DNA of 64,000 nucleotides from Planctomycetota bacterium (GTDB taxonomy: Bacteria; Planctomycetota; B15-G4): contig JAJDEP010000003.1 in NCBI GenBank assembly GCA_029259715.1, positions 701,174 to 765,173 on the forward strand, written 5' to 3'. Positions 48,719 to 59,895 of the stretch are shown piece by piece. The notes below the pieces were generated by a model. That model had not been told where the DNA came from. It ran no database searches and saw nothing but the letters and a program-made list of their open reading frames with translations. A program made the translations under genes and the position numbers. Position 1 is the first letter of the stretch. Each line of letters opens with the position of its first letter.

Positions 48719-50377
48719 ATGAAAAGCTCCACCCCCATCCTGAGCATCCTCGCGGCGACCGTCCTGATGACGGTGCTCCCCGCGTGTGGTTCGCTCGGCC
48801 CCGGCAAGACCAAGCAGGTGCACAAGTCGCCTGACGTTGAAGCCGACGCCATCCACATCGAGCCGGGTGATGAAATCATCACCTACCGCGACTACGCCAA
48901 CCCGCCCGCGCCCAAGGCGCCGGCGCCCAAGGCCATGTCCGCGCCCGCGCCCGTCGCCAAGAGCTACGGCAACGGCCTGCTCGAAGCCCACCTCTACGTC
49001 CCCACGGGTTCGCGCAGCACCTCCGCGCTGCACCTGCTGAAGATCGTCCCCGCTGAAGTCAACGCCGGCGAGGCCTTCGACATCAAGTTCATCGTCACGA
49101 ACCTGTCCGACCTCTCCCTCGACAACGTGCTCATCAGTGATCCGCTGCCGACGGGCTTCAAGGTCTCCAAGACGGACCCGTCGTTCCCCGCTTCCGCCAT
49201 CAGCAAGGGTGAGTGGATGGTCGGCACGCTCGGTCCCAAGCAGCAGAAGACCATCACCATCACCGGCACTGCCGGTGCGGGCGCCGGTTCTCTGGCCTCT
49301 TGCGCCGACGTCGAGTACGACACTTCGATCTGCCTGGCCACCAACGTGGTCCAGCCGGCTCTGAAGCTGACGGCCAAGGGCCCCGCCGAGGTCAGCCTTT
49401 GCGACGACATCTGCATCGACTACATGGTCGTGAACAGCGGCACCGGTAACGCCAACAACGTCATGGTCACCGGGACCTTCCCCGCGGGCCTGACCGACAA
49501 GTCCGGGCGCACCACGTTGAACCAGAACGTGGGCACCCTGGCCGCCGGCCAGAGCAAGAACTTCTCGGTCTGCCTGAAGGGCTCCAAGACGGGCGCCTTC
49601 AGCAACTCTGCCGTGGCCAAGGCCAACGGTGGGCTGACCGCGAACTCGAACGTCGTCAACACGACCATCCGTCAGGCCAAGCTCAGCATCGCGCTCGACT
49701 GCACCCAGAACGCTTACCTGGGCCGCAATGGTCGCTTTGAGCTCACGGTCGCCAACACCGGTAACGCCACGGCAACGGGTGCCGTCGCTGAAGCTGTCGT
49801 GCCCAGCAACATGCACTTCGTGAGCGCCACCAACGGTGGTCGTCTCTCGGGCGGCAAGGTCACCTGGGCCCTCGGCAACATGGCCGCTGGCGCCAAGCAG
49901 ACCATGTCGTACACCGCTGAGGCTCGTACGGCTGGTACCGCAACCTCCACCGCGACGCTCAACGCTGGTTGCGCCGACAGTGTGTCGGCCACGTGCCAGA
50001 CGAGAATCAGCGGCATCCCGGCCCTGTTGGTCGAGGTGGTGGACGAGCGGGACCCGGTCCTCGTTGGTGAGACCGAGACCTACACGATCACGGTCACGAA
50101 CCAGGGTTCGGCCGCCGGTACGAACATCAACGTCATGTGCAACCTGCCCGATGGTCAGGCTTACGTCTCCGCCACCGGCAACACGGCGGGTTCGGCTTCC
50201 GGCCAGACGGTGAAGTTCGCTCCGGTCTCGAGCCTGGCTCCGAAGGCCACCGCCACCTGGAAGGTCGTCGTCCGCGCCACCAAGGCCGCGAACGTGCGCT
50301 TCAAGGTGACGGTCACGAGCACCGAGCTCGGTAGCCGTCCGGTCGAAGAGACCGAGGCGACCACGCTCTACGAGTAA
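48719..50377 (+). CDS. DUF11-repeat surface lipoprotein
   Basis: Lipoprotein signal (MKSSTPILSILAATVLMTVLPACGS). Several ~110-aa repeats of the DUF11 type (e.g. GEAFDIKFIVTNLSD...ITITGTA, VSLCDDICIDYMVVNSGTGNANNV, GETETYTITVTNQGSAAGTNI). GC is noticeably lower than in neighbouring genes. Confidence 0.75.
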   Translation: MKSSTPILSILAATVLMTVLPACGSLGPGKTKQVHKSPDVEADAIHIEPGDEIITYRDYANPPAPKAPAPKAMSAPAPVAKSYGNGLLEAHLYVPTGSRSTSALHLLKIVPAEVNAGEAFDIKFIVTNLSDLSLDNVLISDPLPTGFKVSKTDPSFPASAISKGEWMVGTLGPKQQKTITITGTAGAGAGSLASCADVEYDTSICLATNVVQPALKLTAKGPAEVSLCDDICIDYMVVNSGTGNANNVMVTGTFPAGLTDKSGRTTLNQNVGTLAAGQSKNFSVCLKGSKTGAFSNSAVAKANGGLTANSNVVNTTIRQAKLSIALDCTQNAYLGRNGRFELTVANTGNATATGAVAEAVVPSNMHFVSATNGGRLSGGKVTWALGNMAAGAKQTMSYTAEARTAGTATSTATLNAGCADSVSATCQTRISGIPALLVEVVDERDPVLVGETETYTITVTNQGSAAGTNINVMCNLPDGQAYVSATGNTAGSASGQTVKFAPVSSLAPKATATWKVVVRATKAANVRFKVTVTSTELGSRPVEETEATTLYE

Positions 50378-50488
50378 GGGTTGTCACCCATCGGTCACCC
50401 GGTCGGCCTCGCGCCGGCCGGGTGATCGGCAGCAAGCTGTACGAAACAGGGCGGCACGGTCCTCACGGACCGTGCCGCTCTCGTTCAT

Positions 50489-51751
50489 TCAGGGCCGGCT
50501 CTCGCCCCGGGCCCCGCTCTCGTCTCGAGCGAGCTGTCGACGCAGCATGTCGAGGGCGATGCTCACCGATCGTCCGCGGATCTCGTCGCGGGTGCCCTGC
50601 CAGCTCCGCACCAGCGTCTCGGTGCCGCGCGCCGAGGCCAGGGCCGTGACCACCGTGCCGACCGGCGTGTCCGGCGCGCCTCCACCGGGCCCGGCCACGC
50701 CGGTGATCGCCAGGGAGTAATCGGCTCCCGTGACCCGCCGGCCCCCCTCCGCCATCGCCCGGGCGACCTCGACGCTCACCATCCCGTGTTCCGCGATGAG
50801 CGCCTCCGGCACGCCCACCCGGGCGGTCTTGGCCGCGGCAGCGTAGGTCACCACCCCCTCGTGGAACACCTCCGAGCTCCCCGGGACCGCGGTGAGCGCC
50901 CCCGCGAGCAACCCGCCGGTGCACGACTCGACGGTGGTTACCGTGCGGCCGGCGCGGGCCAGCGCCGCGACGACCACACCGGCCAGGGTGTCGTCCCCGC
51001 TGCCGAAGACATGCTCGCCGAGGCGCCGCCGGACCTCGGCCTCCACGGCGGCCATGCGCGTGTCGTCTTCACCCCGCAGGGTGATGGTGTGCTCGGCGTG
51101 GTGCACCGTGATGCCGATGTCGCATCCGCTGTCGTCGGCCTCCATCAGGTCGGCCAGGCGCTCGCCCAGCTTCGACTCCGCCAGCCCGCAGGCGCGCACC
51201 TTGCGGTGGGCGACCCCGTCGCCCCGGCTGAAGACGTCGTCCATGAGGGCGGTCGCCATGGCCTTCATCTCGCTGGGCACGCCGGGCAGGCAGGCCACGC
51301 TGAAGCCGCCGCCCTCCCCGGTGAGGATGCCGTAGCGCAGCAGGAACCCGGGCGCCGTCCCGACCGGGTTGTCGAGGCGCCGCGCGCCCCGGGGGGCGAG
51401 GGCCTGGCGCTCGCTGCCGGCGCCCAGCTGCCGGCCGTAACGCGCCTTCAGGTCGGCCAGCACCTCCTCGTCGATGACCAGGCGGCGTCCGAGGGCGGCG
51501 GCCACCCCGTCCCGGGTGATGTCGTCGAGGGTCGGTCCGAGACCCCCGGTGACCACCAGCACGTCGACGCGGCGGCGGAAGCGTTCGACCGCATCCGCGA
51601 TGGCGGCGACGTCGTCCCGTTCCATGGCGGCGCCGACGACCCGATGGCCGCGATCGCGGATCGCCCCCGCCAGCCAGGCCGTGTTGGTGTCCACCGTGTC
51701 GCCCGTGACCAGCTCGTCCCCCACGGCGAGGATCCCGAAGCGCAGGGTCAT
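50489..51751 (-). CDS. cinA: CinA-family competence/damage-inducible protein (MocF-like N-domain + PncC-like deamidase C-domain)
   Basis: N-terminal LAVGDELVTGDTVDTNTAWLA (CinA/MoaB-like). C-terminal TVESCTGGLLAGALTAVPGSSEVFHEGVVTYA (CinA C-terminal domain). Confidence 0.85.
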   Translation of the reverse strand: MTLRFGILAVGDELVTGDTVDTNTAWLAGAIRDRGHRVVGAAMERDDVAAIADAVERFRRRVDVLVVTGGLGPTLDDITRDGVAAALGRRLVIDEEVLADLKARYGRQLGAGSERQALAPRGARRLDNPVGTAPGFLLRYGILTGEGGGFSVACLPGVPSEMKAMATALMDDVFSRGDGVAHRKVRACGLAESKLGERLADLMEADDSGCDIGITVHHAEHTITLRGEDDTRMAAVEAEVRRRLGEHVFGSGDDTLAGVVVAALARAGRTVTTVESCTGGLLAGALTAVPGSSEVFHEGVVTYAAAAKTARVGVPEALIAEHGMVSVEVARAMAEGGRRVTGADYSLAITGVAGPGGGAPDTPVGTVVTALASARGTETLVRSWQGTRDEIRGRSVSIALDMLRRQLARDESGARGESRP

Positions 51752-53418
51752 CCGTCGGACTCCCAGGGCTCGGGCACCCGCGGCAGGGGCTCCAGCATCC
51801 AGGCCGCGGCGGGCCGGTCGTCCTCGGGTGCGTCGAGGTATCCGAGGGCCTTCAGGTCGGGCCGGAACACCTCCGAGATGCGGGTCAGACGCTCGGCGTA
51901 TGCCGAGCGAGGCAACATTCGGGCCCCGGCTCGCAAGCCGTCCAGGGCCGTCTCCAGCGCCTCCCAGCCCGCCCGCACGCGGGCATCGTCGAAATCGCTG
52001 ACGGGACGCCGCTCCTGCGGGTCCTGCGCGAGGTCGAACCAGGCCACGGCGGCCACCCGCGGTGGCTTGCCCTCCACCACCTCGAGGTTGCGGATGAATT
52101 TCTCCTGCGGCGTGCGCAGCGTTTCGATCAGCACGGCATGGCTCTTGCCGTCGGGCCGCGTGCCCGTGAGCAGCAGGCTGGCGAGGGCCGGACGGTCGGG
52201 CAACGCCCCCTGCTCCACCGCCGGCCGCAGCGAGCGTCCGGACACCGTGTCGGGCACCGGAAGGTCGCAGTAGTCGAGGATCGTCGGCATCAGGTCGTCG
52301 AGGGTCACGGCGGCGTCGACCGTGCGCGCCACGCCCGCGCCGGCGAGTCCGCGCGGCGGCACCACCAGCAGGGGCACGCGCAGCACCTCGTCGAAGACCC
52401 CCCGGCGGTGGCCGCGCTGGCCGTGCTCGAAGAACTCCTCACCGTGATCCGAGGTGACGATGATGAGCGTGTCGTCGAGGCGCCCGTCCCGTTCGAGCCG
52501 GTCGAGCACCCGGCCCACCGCGGCGTCGGTCCACGCGATCTCACCGCGATAGAGGGCCTGAACATGAGCCAGGTCCCGGTCGTTGATGCGCCGCTTGGGA
52601 TTCTTGTGCTCGTCCCAGATGCGCCGGTTCTGCATGAAGTCCCGGCCGTCGATCTTGCCGCGGTAGCCGGAGTCGAAGCGGGTGTCGTAGGGCGGCGGCG
52701 GGATGAAGTCGTAGTGCGGATCGAACAGGTGGCAGAACAGGAACAGCGGCGCGGTGCGGTCGAGGCTGCCGAGCGTGCGGCCGACGAGCTCGACAACCTT
52801 GGGCGACGTCACGTCGGCGTGGCTGCTCGAGTGGCGCGTGAAGAAGGCCTGCCGCGCGGCCTCCAGGTCGCCGCCGCGCACGGCCGCCTCCATCTCCTCG
52901 TAGCGTTCCAGGCCGTCGGTCATGGCGTTGGCGTAGGTGTCGAAGCCCCGCCCGAAGCCGAAGTCGGCCGCCAGGTACCACCCGGTCCAGAAGCCCGCCG
53001 TCGACCAGCCCGCCTGCTGCAGCATCTCGGGCAGGGTCGGCACCTCGGGGTCGATGCGCAGGCCGTCGTCCTGCACACCGTGCAGGGCCGGCGGCATGCC
53101 GGTGAACATGGAGACGTGGCTAGGCAGGGTCCAGCTGCTGCCGGCGATGGCCTGGGTGAAGATGGTGCCGCGCTCGGCCAGGCGCGAGAGATGCGGCGCG
53201 ACCCGTGGGTCGAGGAAGGTGAGCGCGTCGGCCCGCACCGTGTCGAGCGAGATCAGCAGCACGTCGGGCGGTGACGCAGACGCCCCGCAGCCCGACGTGC
53301 ACAGCACCGCCCCCAGCAACGCCCCCAGCAACGACAGCGACTGCCGGCGGGTGGTCCGCCGCCGCTTCGGGGGCCGCTGCATGGGCCGCGGGCGCATCTG
53401 CATGGGCCGCGGACTCAT
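51748..53418 (-). CDS. sulfatase-fold protein lacking the CxPxR formylglycine motif, with Tat-like signal peptide
   Basis: Start at internal MSPRPMQMRPRPMQRPPKRRRTTRRQSLSLLGALLGA (residue ~380 of ORF 51748..54561, whose upstream part is the alternative frame of the neighbouring gene). LLISLDTVRADAL... and SSWTLPSHVSMFTG in place of C/SxPxR. 4-bp ATGA overlaps on both sides. Confidence 0.78.
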   Translation of the reverse strand: MSPRPMQMRPRPMQRPPKRRRTTRRQSLSLLGALLGAVLCTSGCGASASPPDVLLISLDTVRADALTFLDPRVAPHLSRLAERGTIFTQAIAGSSWTLPSHVSMFTGMPPALHGVQDDGLRIDPEVPTLPEMLQQAGWSTAGFWTGWYLAADFGFGRGFDTYANAMTDGLERYEEMEAAVRGGDLEAARQAFFTRHSSSHADVTSPKVVELVGRTLGSLDRTAPLFLFCHLFDPHYDFIPPPPYDTRFDSGYRGKIDGRDFMQNRRIWDEHKNPKRRINDRDLAHVQALYRGEIAWTDAAVGRVLDRLERDGRLDDTLIIVTSDHGEEFFEHGQRGHRRGVFDEVLRVPLLVVPPRGLAGAGVARTVDAAVTLDDLMPTILDYCDLPVPDTVSGRSLRPAVEQGALPDRPALASLLLTGTRPDGKSHAVLIETLRTPQEKFIRNLEVVEGKPPRVAAVAWFDLAQDPQERRPVSDFDDARVRAGWEALETALDGLRAGARMLPRSAYAERLTRISEVFRPDLKALGYLDAPEDDRPAAAWMLEPLPRVPEPWESDG

Positions 53419-54872
53419 CGGCCGCCGTCCCCGAGGCCGCGCTTCCACTCGGCCAGGTCGCGCCGCAGGGCCCCCACCCGCCCCGGCTGGCGCTCGGCCA
53501 GATCGCGCGACTCGGACGGGTCCTCCTCGATGTTGAACAGGTGCGCCTCGCCCGCCTCCACCAGCAGCTTCCAGGGTCCTTGGCGCACCGATTGGGACAG
53601 CACGCCATCGTTCTCGAAGTGCTCCCAGAACAGCACCCGGTCGCCCTCGGCAGCATAGGTGGCGGCGCCCGCCCCCGTGCCCGCCCCCGTGTCCGCCGCC
53701 GCATCCGCCGTCGCGAGCAGGTCGAGACCGTCGGACGGCCGCGGCGTCGGGACGCCGGCGACGGCGCGGATCGTCGGCGCCACGTCCAGGGTGCAGGCCA
53801 GGTCGTCGCGCACCGATCCGGCTTGCAGGCGCCCGGGCCAGCGCATCAGGGCCGGGACGCGGTGCCCGCCCTCCCGCAGCGCGCCCTTGCCGCCGGTGAA
53901 GGGACCGTTGTGGCCGTCGGCGGTGGCGCCGTTGTCCGACACGAAGATGACCAGCGTGTCCCGGGCCCGACCGGTGCGATCGAGGGCGTCCAGCACCGCG
54001 CCCACGCCATCGTCGAGCGCCGTCAGGAGCTCGGCGTACTTGGCAGCAGGCGTCGGCCCGCCGGGCCACTCGTACTTCTCGCCCCGGGTGAACACGGTGG
54101 CGTCGTCCGGCCCCTGGTGCGGTCGATGCGGCGCCGCATGGGACACCACCAGGAAGAAGGGCTCGTCGGCCCGGGCCTCGAGGAACGCCACCGCGTGCTC
54201 GGTGATCAGGTGCGTGGCGTAGCCCTCCTCGTCGACGCGGTTCTCGTCGGCCCACCAGTCGGGGATGCCGCGCTGATTCACGTGGCTGCGGTAGTCGATG
54301 CTGCCCGACAGGTAGCCGCGAAAGCTGTCGAAGCCCCGCCGCGTGGGGATCAGCTCGGACTTGGGCGGGCCCAGGTGCCACTTCCCGACGAGCCCGGTGG
54401 CGTAGCCCGCGTCGGCGAGGTGCGCCGGGAGGATCGACCCGAGCTCGAACTCGTAGGCCGCCGCCGCCTCGTCGGACATGTGGCTCCAGTCGTTGGCGAT
54501 GAAGTTGCCGGCCCGCTGGGGATAGCGCCCGGTCATGAGCACCAGACGCGTGGGCGCGCACACCGGTGAGTTGCTGTGGAAGTCGGTGAAGCGCACGCCT
54601 TCCCGGGCCAGCCGGTCGATGTGCGGCGTCGGGTGGGCCTCGGGGCGGTAGCAGCTCACGTCGCCCCAGCCCAGGTCGTCGGCCACGATGAGCACCACGC
54701 TGGGGCGGGCGTCCGCCTCACCCGCCGTGCCGGTCTCGCCGGTCTCGCCCGATTGAGCCCCATCGACCGGGCCCGCCCGATCAGCCGGGTCCGCCGGCCC
54801 ACAGGCTCCGCCCAGAACGACCAGCAGCAGCCAGGCGCCGAGCAACGAGGGACTGTAGGGATCGCGAGCCAT
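53415..54872 (-). CDS. arylsulfatase-family (Cys-type) sulfatase, secreted
   Basis: PSVVLIVADDLGWGDVSCYRP and C-A-P-T-R (VCAPTRLVLMTGRYPQRAG). Signal peptide LLGAWLLLVVLGGACG. Confidence 0.9.
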   Translation of the reverse strand: MARDPYSPSLLGAWLLLVVLGGACGPADPADRAGPVDGAQSGETGETGTAGEADARPSVVLIVADDLGWGDVSCYRPEAHPTPHIDRLAREGVRFTDFHSNSPVCAPTRLVLMTGRYPQRAGNFIANDWSHMSDEAAAAYEFELGSILPAHLADAGYATGLVGKWHLGPPKSELIPTRRGFDSFRGYLSGSIDYRSHVNQRGIPDWWADENRVDEEGYATHLITEHAVAFLEARADEPFFLVVSHAAPHRPHQGPDDATVFTRGEKYEWPGGPTPAAKYAELLTALDDGVGAVLDALDRTGRARDTLVIFVSDNGATADGHNGPFTGGKGALREGGHRVPALMRWPGRLQAGSVRDDLACTLDVAPTIRAVAGVPTPRPSDGLDLLATADAAADTGAGTGAGAATYAAEGDRVLFWEHFENDGVLSQSVRQGPWKLLVEAGEAHLFNIEEDPSESRDLAERQPGRVGALRRDLAEWKRGLGDGGR

Positions 54873-54886
54873 GGCCGGCGATCATC

Positions 54887-56269
54887 CTAGGGAACCTCGG
54901 AGGACGCCTCCACGCGCGCGGCAGGCGCCGTGATCCGATGGACGGCCGCCAGCAGCACCAGCGGCAGGGCCTGGAGCAGCAGCCGCGGGAAAGCCGTGCG
55001 CAGGTGCCAGTGCAGATCGAAGGGCGTCACCACGTAGATCGCGACGATGGCCGCGAGCAGCACCAGGGCGGGGCGGGCGTCGATCTCTGAGCGCCCACGG
55101 GGCAGGAGCACGAGCAGGCCCGCCCCCAGCACCCAGCCCGCCCAGAAAACCGGCGGGTGGAAGGCGTCCTCCACCAGGGCGCCGCGATCCGTGAGGAACA
55201 GCCCGACTGCCCGGGCCACGGCGACGACCCGCTCGGTTAACCGCATCGGGTCGAGCAGCACTTCACCCAGCGAACCCAGCACCTCGGCGTCCTCGGCGCC
55301 TCGGCGCAGGGCCCAGGGCAGCAACAGCGCAAAGGCCGCCAGTCCCGCGAGCGCGGTGAAGCGCACATGCTTGCAACGCACGCTGTCCACGAGCAGCAGA
55401 CCGGCCACGACGACCACGAGCACGGCGCCCTCCTGCTTGATGGACGCTGCACCCAACGCCGCCACCACGGCCAGTCCGCGCCCGCCCTGCCCCTGCCGGC
55501 GCAAGGTGAGCCCCAACCCTGCGAGCAGGACCGCACCCGCGATGGCCGGATCGGCGTAGCCCGAGTGGGCCCACAAGGCCGTGGCCGGCAGCAGGGCGAG
55601 CAACAGGCCGGCAAGGAATCCCCCCAGGGAGTTGCCGCGACTGCGCCCCGCTTCGTAGAGCGCCGCGGCGCCGAGCCAGGTGAACAACCAGCTCGTGCGC
55701 CGCAAGAGGTCGGCTCCTGACGCGCCGGTGAGGTCGCCGAAAGACCTCAACTCGTCAGCCATTCCCGTGATCAGCCACGCCAGCCCGCGGGGATACTCGG
55801 CGTGGAGGTGACCGGGGCCGTTCTCGAGCACGGGCGCCAGGCCCGCCGCCACCTCGCGCAGCTTGGGCCACCAGATGGCGACCGCGTCGTAGCGCACCGG
55901 CGGGCCGGAGGCTGCGAGCATCAGCGGCACCCACAGCACGAGGCCGAAGACCGCCATGACGCACAGCGAAGAGGCATGCAGTCCCATCAGCGAGGTCTTG
56001 TCGACGTGGCGCGAGCGCATCCAGATCGACCAGGGGACGGCGCCGATGATCAGGGCCCAACGCACGACGAGCACATGTTCGTGCGACAGGCCCGCCGCCG
56101 CGAGATTGCTCAGGACCGCCGCGAGGAGCAACGCACCCGCCAGGGCCTGGGTCGCCGGGCCGAAGCGCGCCACGCCGCCGCCGCGGTGCACGAACCAGCT
56201 GCCGGCGAGATAGCAGGGCACCATCAGCAAGACGACGCTCCCGCCCAACAAGTAGATCTCGTGGATCAT
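54887..56269 (-). CDS. hypothetical polytopic membrane protein (460 aa)
   Basis: About 12 hydrophobic helices. GC3-biased. 4-bp overlap with the upstream gene. Resembles GT-C-type glycosyltransferase or DUF2029-like topology, but the family is not identifiable by eye. Confidence 0.62.
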   Translation of the reverse strand: MIHEIYLLGGSVVLLMVPCYLAGSWFVHRGGGVARFGPATQALAGALLLAAVLSNLAAAGLSHEHVLVVRWALIIGAVPWSIWMRSRHVDKTSLMGLHASSLCVMAVFGLVLWVPLMLAASGPPVRYDAVAIWWPKLREVAAGLAPVLENGPGHLHAEYPRGLAWLITGMADELRSFGDLTGASGADLLRRTSWLFTWLGAAALYEAGRSRGNSLGGFLAGLLLALLPATALWAHSGYADPAIAGAVLLAGLGLTLRRQGQGGRGLAVVAALGAASIKQEGAVLVVVVAGLLLVDSVRCKHVRFTALAGLAAFALLLPWALRRGAEDAEVLGSLGEVLLDPMRLTERVVAVARAVGLFLTDRGALVEDAFHPPVFWAGWVLGAGLLVLLPRGRSEIDARPALVLLAAIVAIYVVTPFDLHWHLRTAFPRLLLQALPLVLLAAVHRITAPAARVEASSEVP

Positions 56270-57227
56270 CGGGAGGCCCCGCCGCGGGCGAGGGAACCCG
56301 CCCCGGTCGTCAGCAACACCTCGCCGTCGGGGGCGCCGCCCACCCAGACCACCAGGCCCTCGGGCGCCACGCCCGCAACACGCGGCGTCACTTCGACGCC
56401 CAAGGCCTGGCTCAGATGCAGGCCGCGCACCATGCCGAGACCGTCGGCCGGCGCGACCACCGCGACGGGCTCGCCCTCATCACGCTCGGCACGGGCGGCC
56501 TCCAGCAGACGGTTGAACCCAGGACCCAGCGCGATGTCCCGGCCGTCGAGGTCGCGATCCCAGGTGTCCGGCCAGGTCAGCGGCGGCGCCTCGAAGCCCC
56601 GCTCCACCAGCGCACGCAGAGGAGTCGCGGCGATGCGCAGCGCCAGGGCGGCGACGACCAGCACGACGACGGCAAACCAGCCGGCGAATCCGGCGTTTCT
56701 CGGCGGCACCCGGGCAAGCCATTGCGGCCCACGCCTGCGCACCCACCACCCGGCCCAGAGGGTCAGTGCCACCGCGACGATCACGAGACCCAGCCGGCCG
56801 CCGTCGACGGCTTCGCCATCCGCAACGGAGAGCGCGGCGCTCACCGCGACCACGTCGGCCGTGTCGTCCGAACCGAAGGCCACGGCCTGCACCACCGTCG
56901 CATCCCCGTGGCGCTGCAGCGCCTTCGGTCCGAGGCGCTCGGTGCGGCTTCGATCCGTGGCGAGCGGGCGGGCCTGCAGCGAGGTGCCGGGCGGCACGAC
57001 CACGTGGACGCCCGGCCCCATGCCCACGAGTTGTTCACGACCGGTCCAGCGGCGTCCGACCAGCAGCCCCACTTTGGCCCCGTCGAATCCGCTGTAGGTC
57101 GCGGCGATGCCGGCCGGTCCGCGCTCGACCGCCAGGTCGAGTTCGCCGCCGGGCGGACGACAGGCGGTGACGAGCAGGAACAGCGCCGAGGCGACGAGCG
57201 TCAGGACAGGACGCCTCGTCAGGTCCG

Positions 57228-57231
<4 letters not shown>
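56266..57231 (-). CDS. hypothetical membrane-anchored protein (321 aa)
   Basis: GTG start overlapping the ychF stop (GTGA). N-terminal TM (VLTLVASALFLLVTAC) and C-terminal TM helices. The upstream part of ORF 56266..57813 is the alternative frame of ychF. Confidence 0.5.
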
Positions 57232-58318
<1,087 letters not shown>

Positions 58319-58322
<4 letters not shown>

Positions 58323-59092
58323 CGGGAGTCTCCGAATTCTTCGTCACCGAACACCGCCCGTTCGTGGGCGGCCTGGGCGCCGCGCGCCAGGCGCAGGCCG
58401 AGTTCATACAGCACGATCATGGGGCCGGTCACGAGCAGTTGGGTCACGGGATCGGGGGGCGTCATCATGGCCGAGAACACGAGCATGCAAAGGTACGCGA
58501 CCCGGCGCGACGAACCGAGAGTGGTGGCCTGCACGAGCCCGGCCCGCACCACCAGCCACATGATCAGGGGCAGCTCGAACACGAACCCCATGAGCAGCGT
58601 CATCGCCACCAGCAGGTGGAAGTAGTTGCTCACCGTGACCTGGGCCGCGAGGGCCTCGGGGTCGGCGAAGGTCAGCAGGAACTGCAGGCCCAGCGGCAGC
58701 AGCAGCGCGTACCCGAAGGCGAGCCCGACCACGAACAGCCCCGTGGCCACCGGGAAGGCCTTGCGGATGGCGTCGCGCTCGTTCACGAGCAGGCCCGCGC
58801 CCACGAAGGCCCACAGCTGCCACAGGTACCAAGGGGCGCCGATGAGCAGGGCCATGGCCGCGCCCAGCTTGAGTGAGAAGAGGAAGGCCTCGGCCGGGCC
58901 GATGTAGATCAGGCGCCCCGGGTCGACCCCGCCGGAGGCGAGGATGCCGGCCCGGGCCGACTCCCACGGGATCAGGATGAAGTCGCGCAGCGCGCCCTCG
59001 AAGACCATCGACCCGACGAACAGCACCACGAACCCGAGCACCGCCCGGATCAGGCAACGCCGCAACTCGTCGAGGTGCGCGCGCAGCGGCAT
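58319..59092 (-). CDS. tatC: twin-arginine translocase subunit TatC
   Basis: MPLRAHLDELRRCLIRAVLG matches the TatC N-terminus. Six TM helices. The ORF track's alternative start at 59164 adds 24 aa. Confidence 0.88.
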
Positions 59093-59167
59093 GCGCGTGT
59101 GCTCGAGGGGGTCGGCTCCCGGGTCGGCTCCCGGGTCGGCGGCAGTGCGGGCGACGGTCATCACCGC

Positions 59168-59890
59168 TCAGGATGACCGGAACGTGCCCCCCTCGTCGAG
59201 GGTCGCCACCACGGGCAGCGCGTCCACGCGGGAGCAGAAGACGAGATCGGCATCGAGGCCGATGCCCGCCAGCCGGCGCCCCGAGCGGCTGCGCCGCAGC
59301 AGGCCCAGCAGGTCGTGCTTCCAGGCATCGAACAGGGCGATGGCGGTGCGGGCCCCGTCGCCAGGGGTGGCGGCGGCCATGAGGGCCAGCGAGCCCGCCA
59401 GACACCCGGCGGCGGCCACGTCGTCGGCGGCCACCTCCCCGCGGGTGCCGGCGCACAGCAGGATCACGTCGTCGCCCGCCTCGGCCAGGGCCCGGGCGCT
59501 GGCCTCGGCGCTCACCAGCGACGCGCACAGCACCCGCGCGGCGCCGGGCACGGCGGCCACGGCCCGCGTCCCGTTGGTGGTGGTCATGACCAGCGGGCGA
59601 CCGCCGCAGGTCTCGGCGGTGTAGCTCTCGGGGGAGTTGCCCAGGTCGAAGCCCTCGGGGGGCAGCCCCTCGCGCTCGCCGCCCAGCAGTGCCCCCAGCT
59701 GTCGTGCACGTTGACGTGCCGGCTCGATCTCGCCCATCGGCGTGACGCCCTCGCACCCCACCGACAGGGCATGGGCCACCGTGCTCGAGAAGCGCAGCAC
59801 GTCGATGACGGCCACCGATTCATCGGGCCCCACGCCCTGGGGGCGCATCGCTCCCAGCACAGCCGGGGTCAGGGCGACGTCGACGCGCAA
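59168..59890 (-). CDS. comB: 2-phosphosulfolactate phosphatase (ComB) family protein
   Basis: VIDVLRFSSTVAHAL...GGER...TTTNGT, characteristic of the ComB family. Confidence 0.78.
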   Translation of the reverse strand: MRVDVALTPAVLGAMRPQGVGPDESVAVIDVLRFSSTVAHALSVGCEGVTPMGEIEPARQRARQLGALLGGEREGLPPEGFDLGNSPESYTAETCGGRPLVMTTTNGTRAVAAVPGAARVLCASLVSAEASARALAEAGDDVILLCAGTRGEVAADDVAAAGCLAGSLALMAAATPGDGARTAIALFDAWKHDLLGLLRRSRSGRRLAGIGLDADLVFCSRVDALPVVATLDEGGTFRSS

Positions 59891-59895
59891 ACGCG

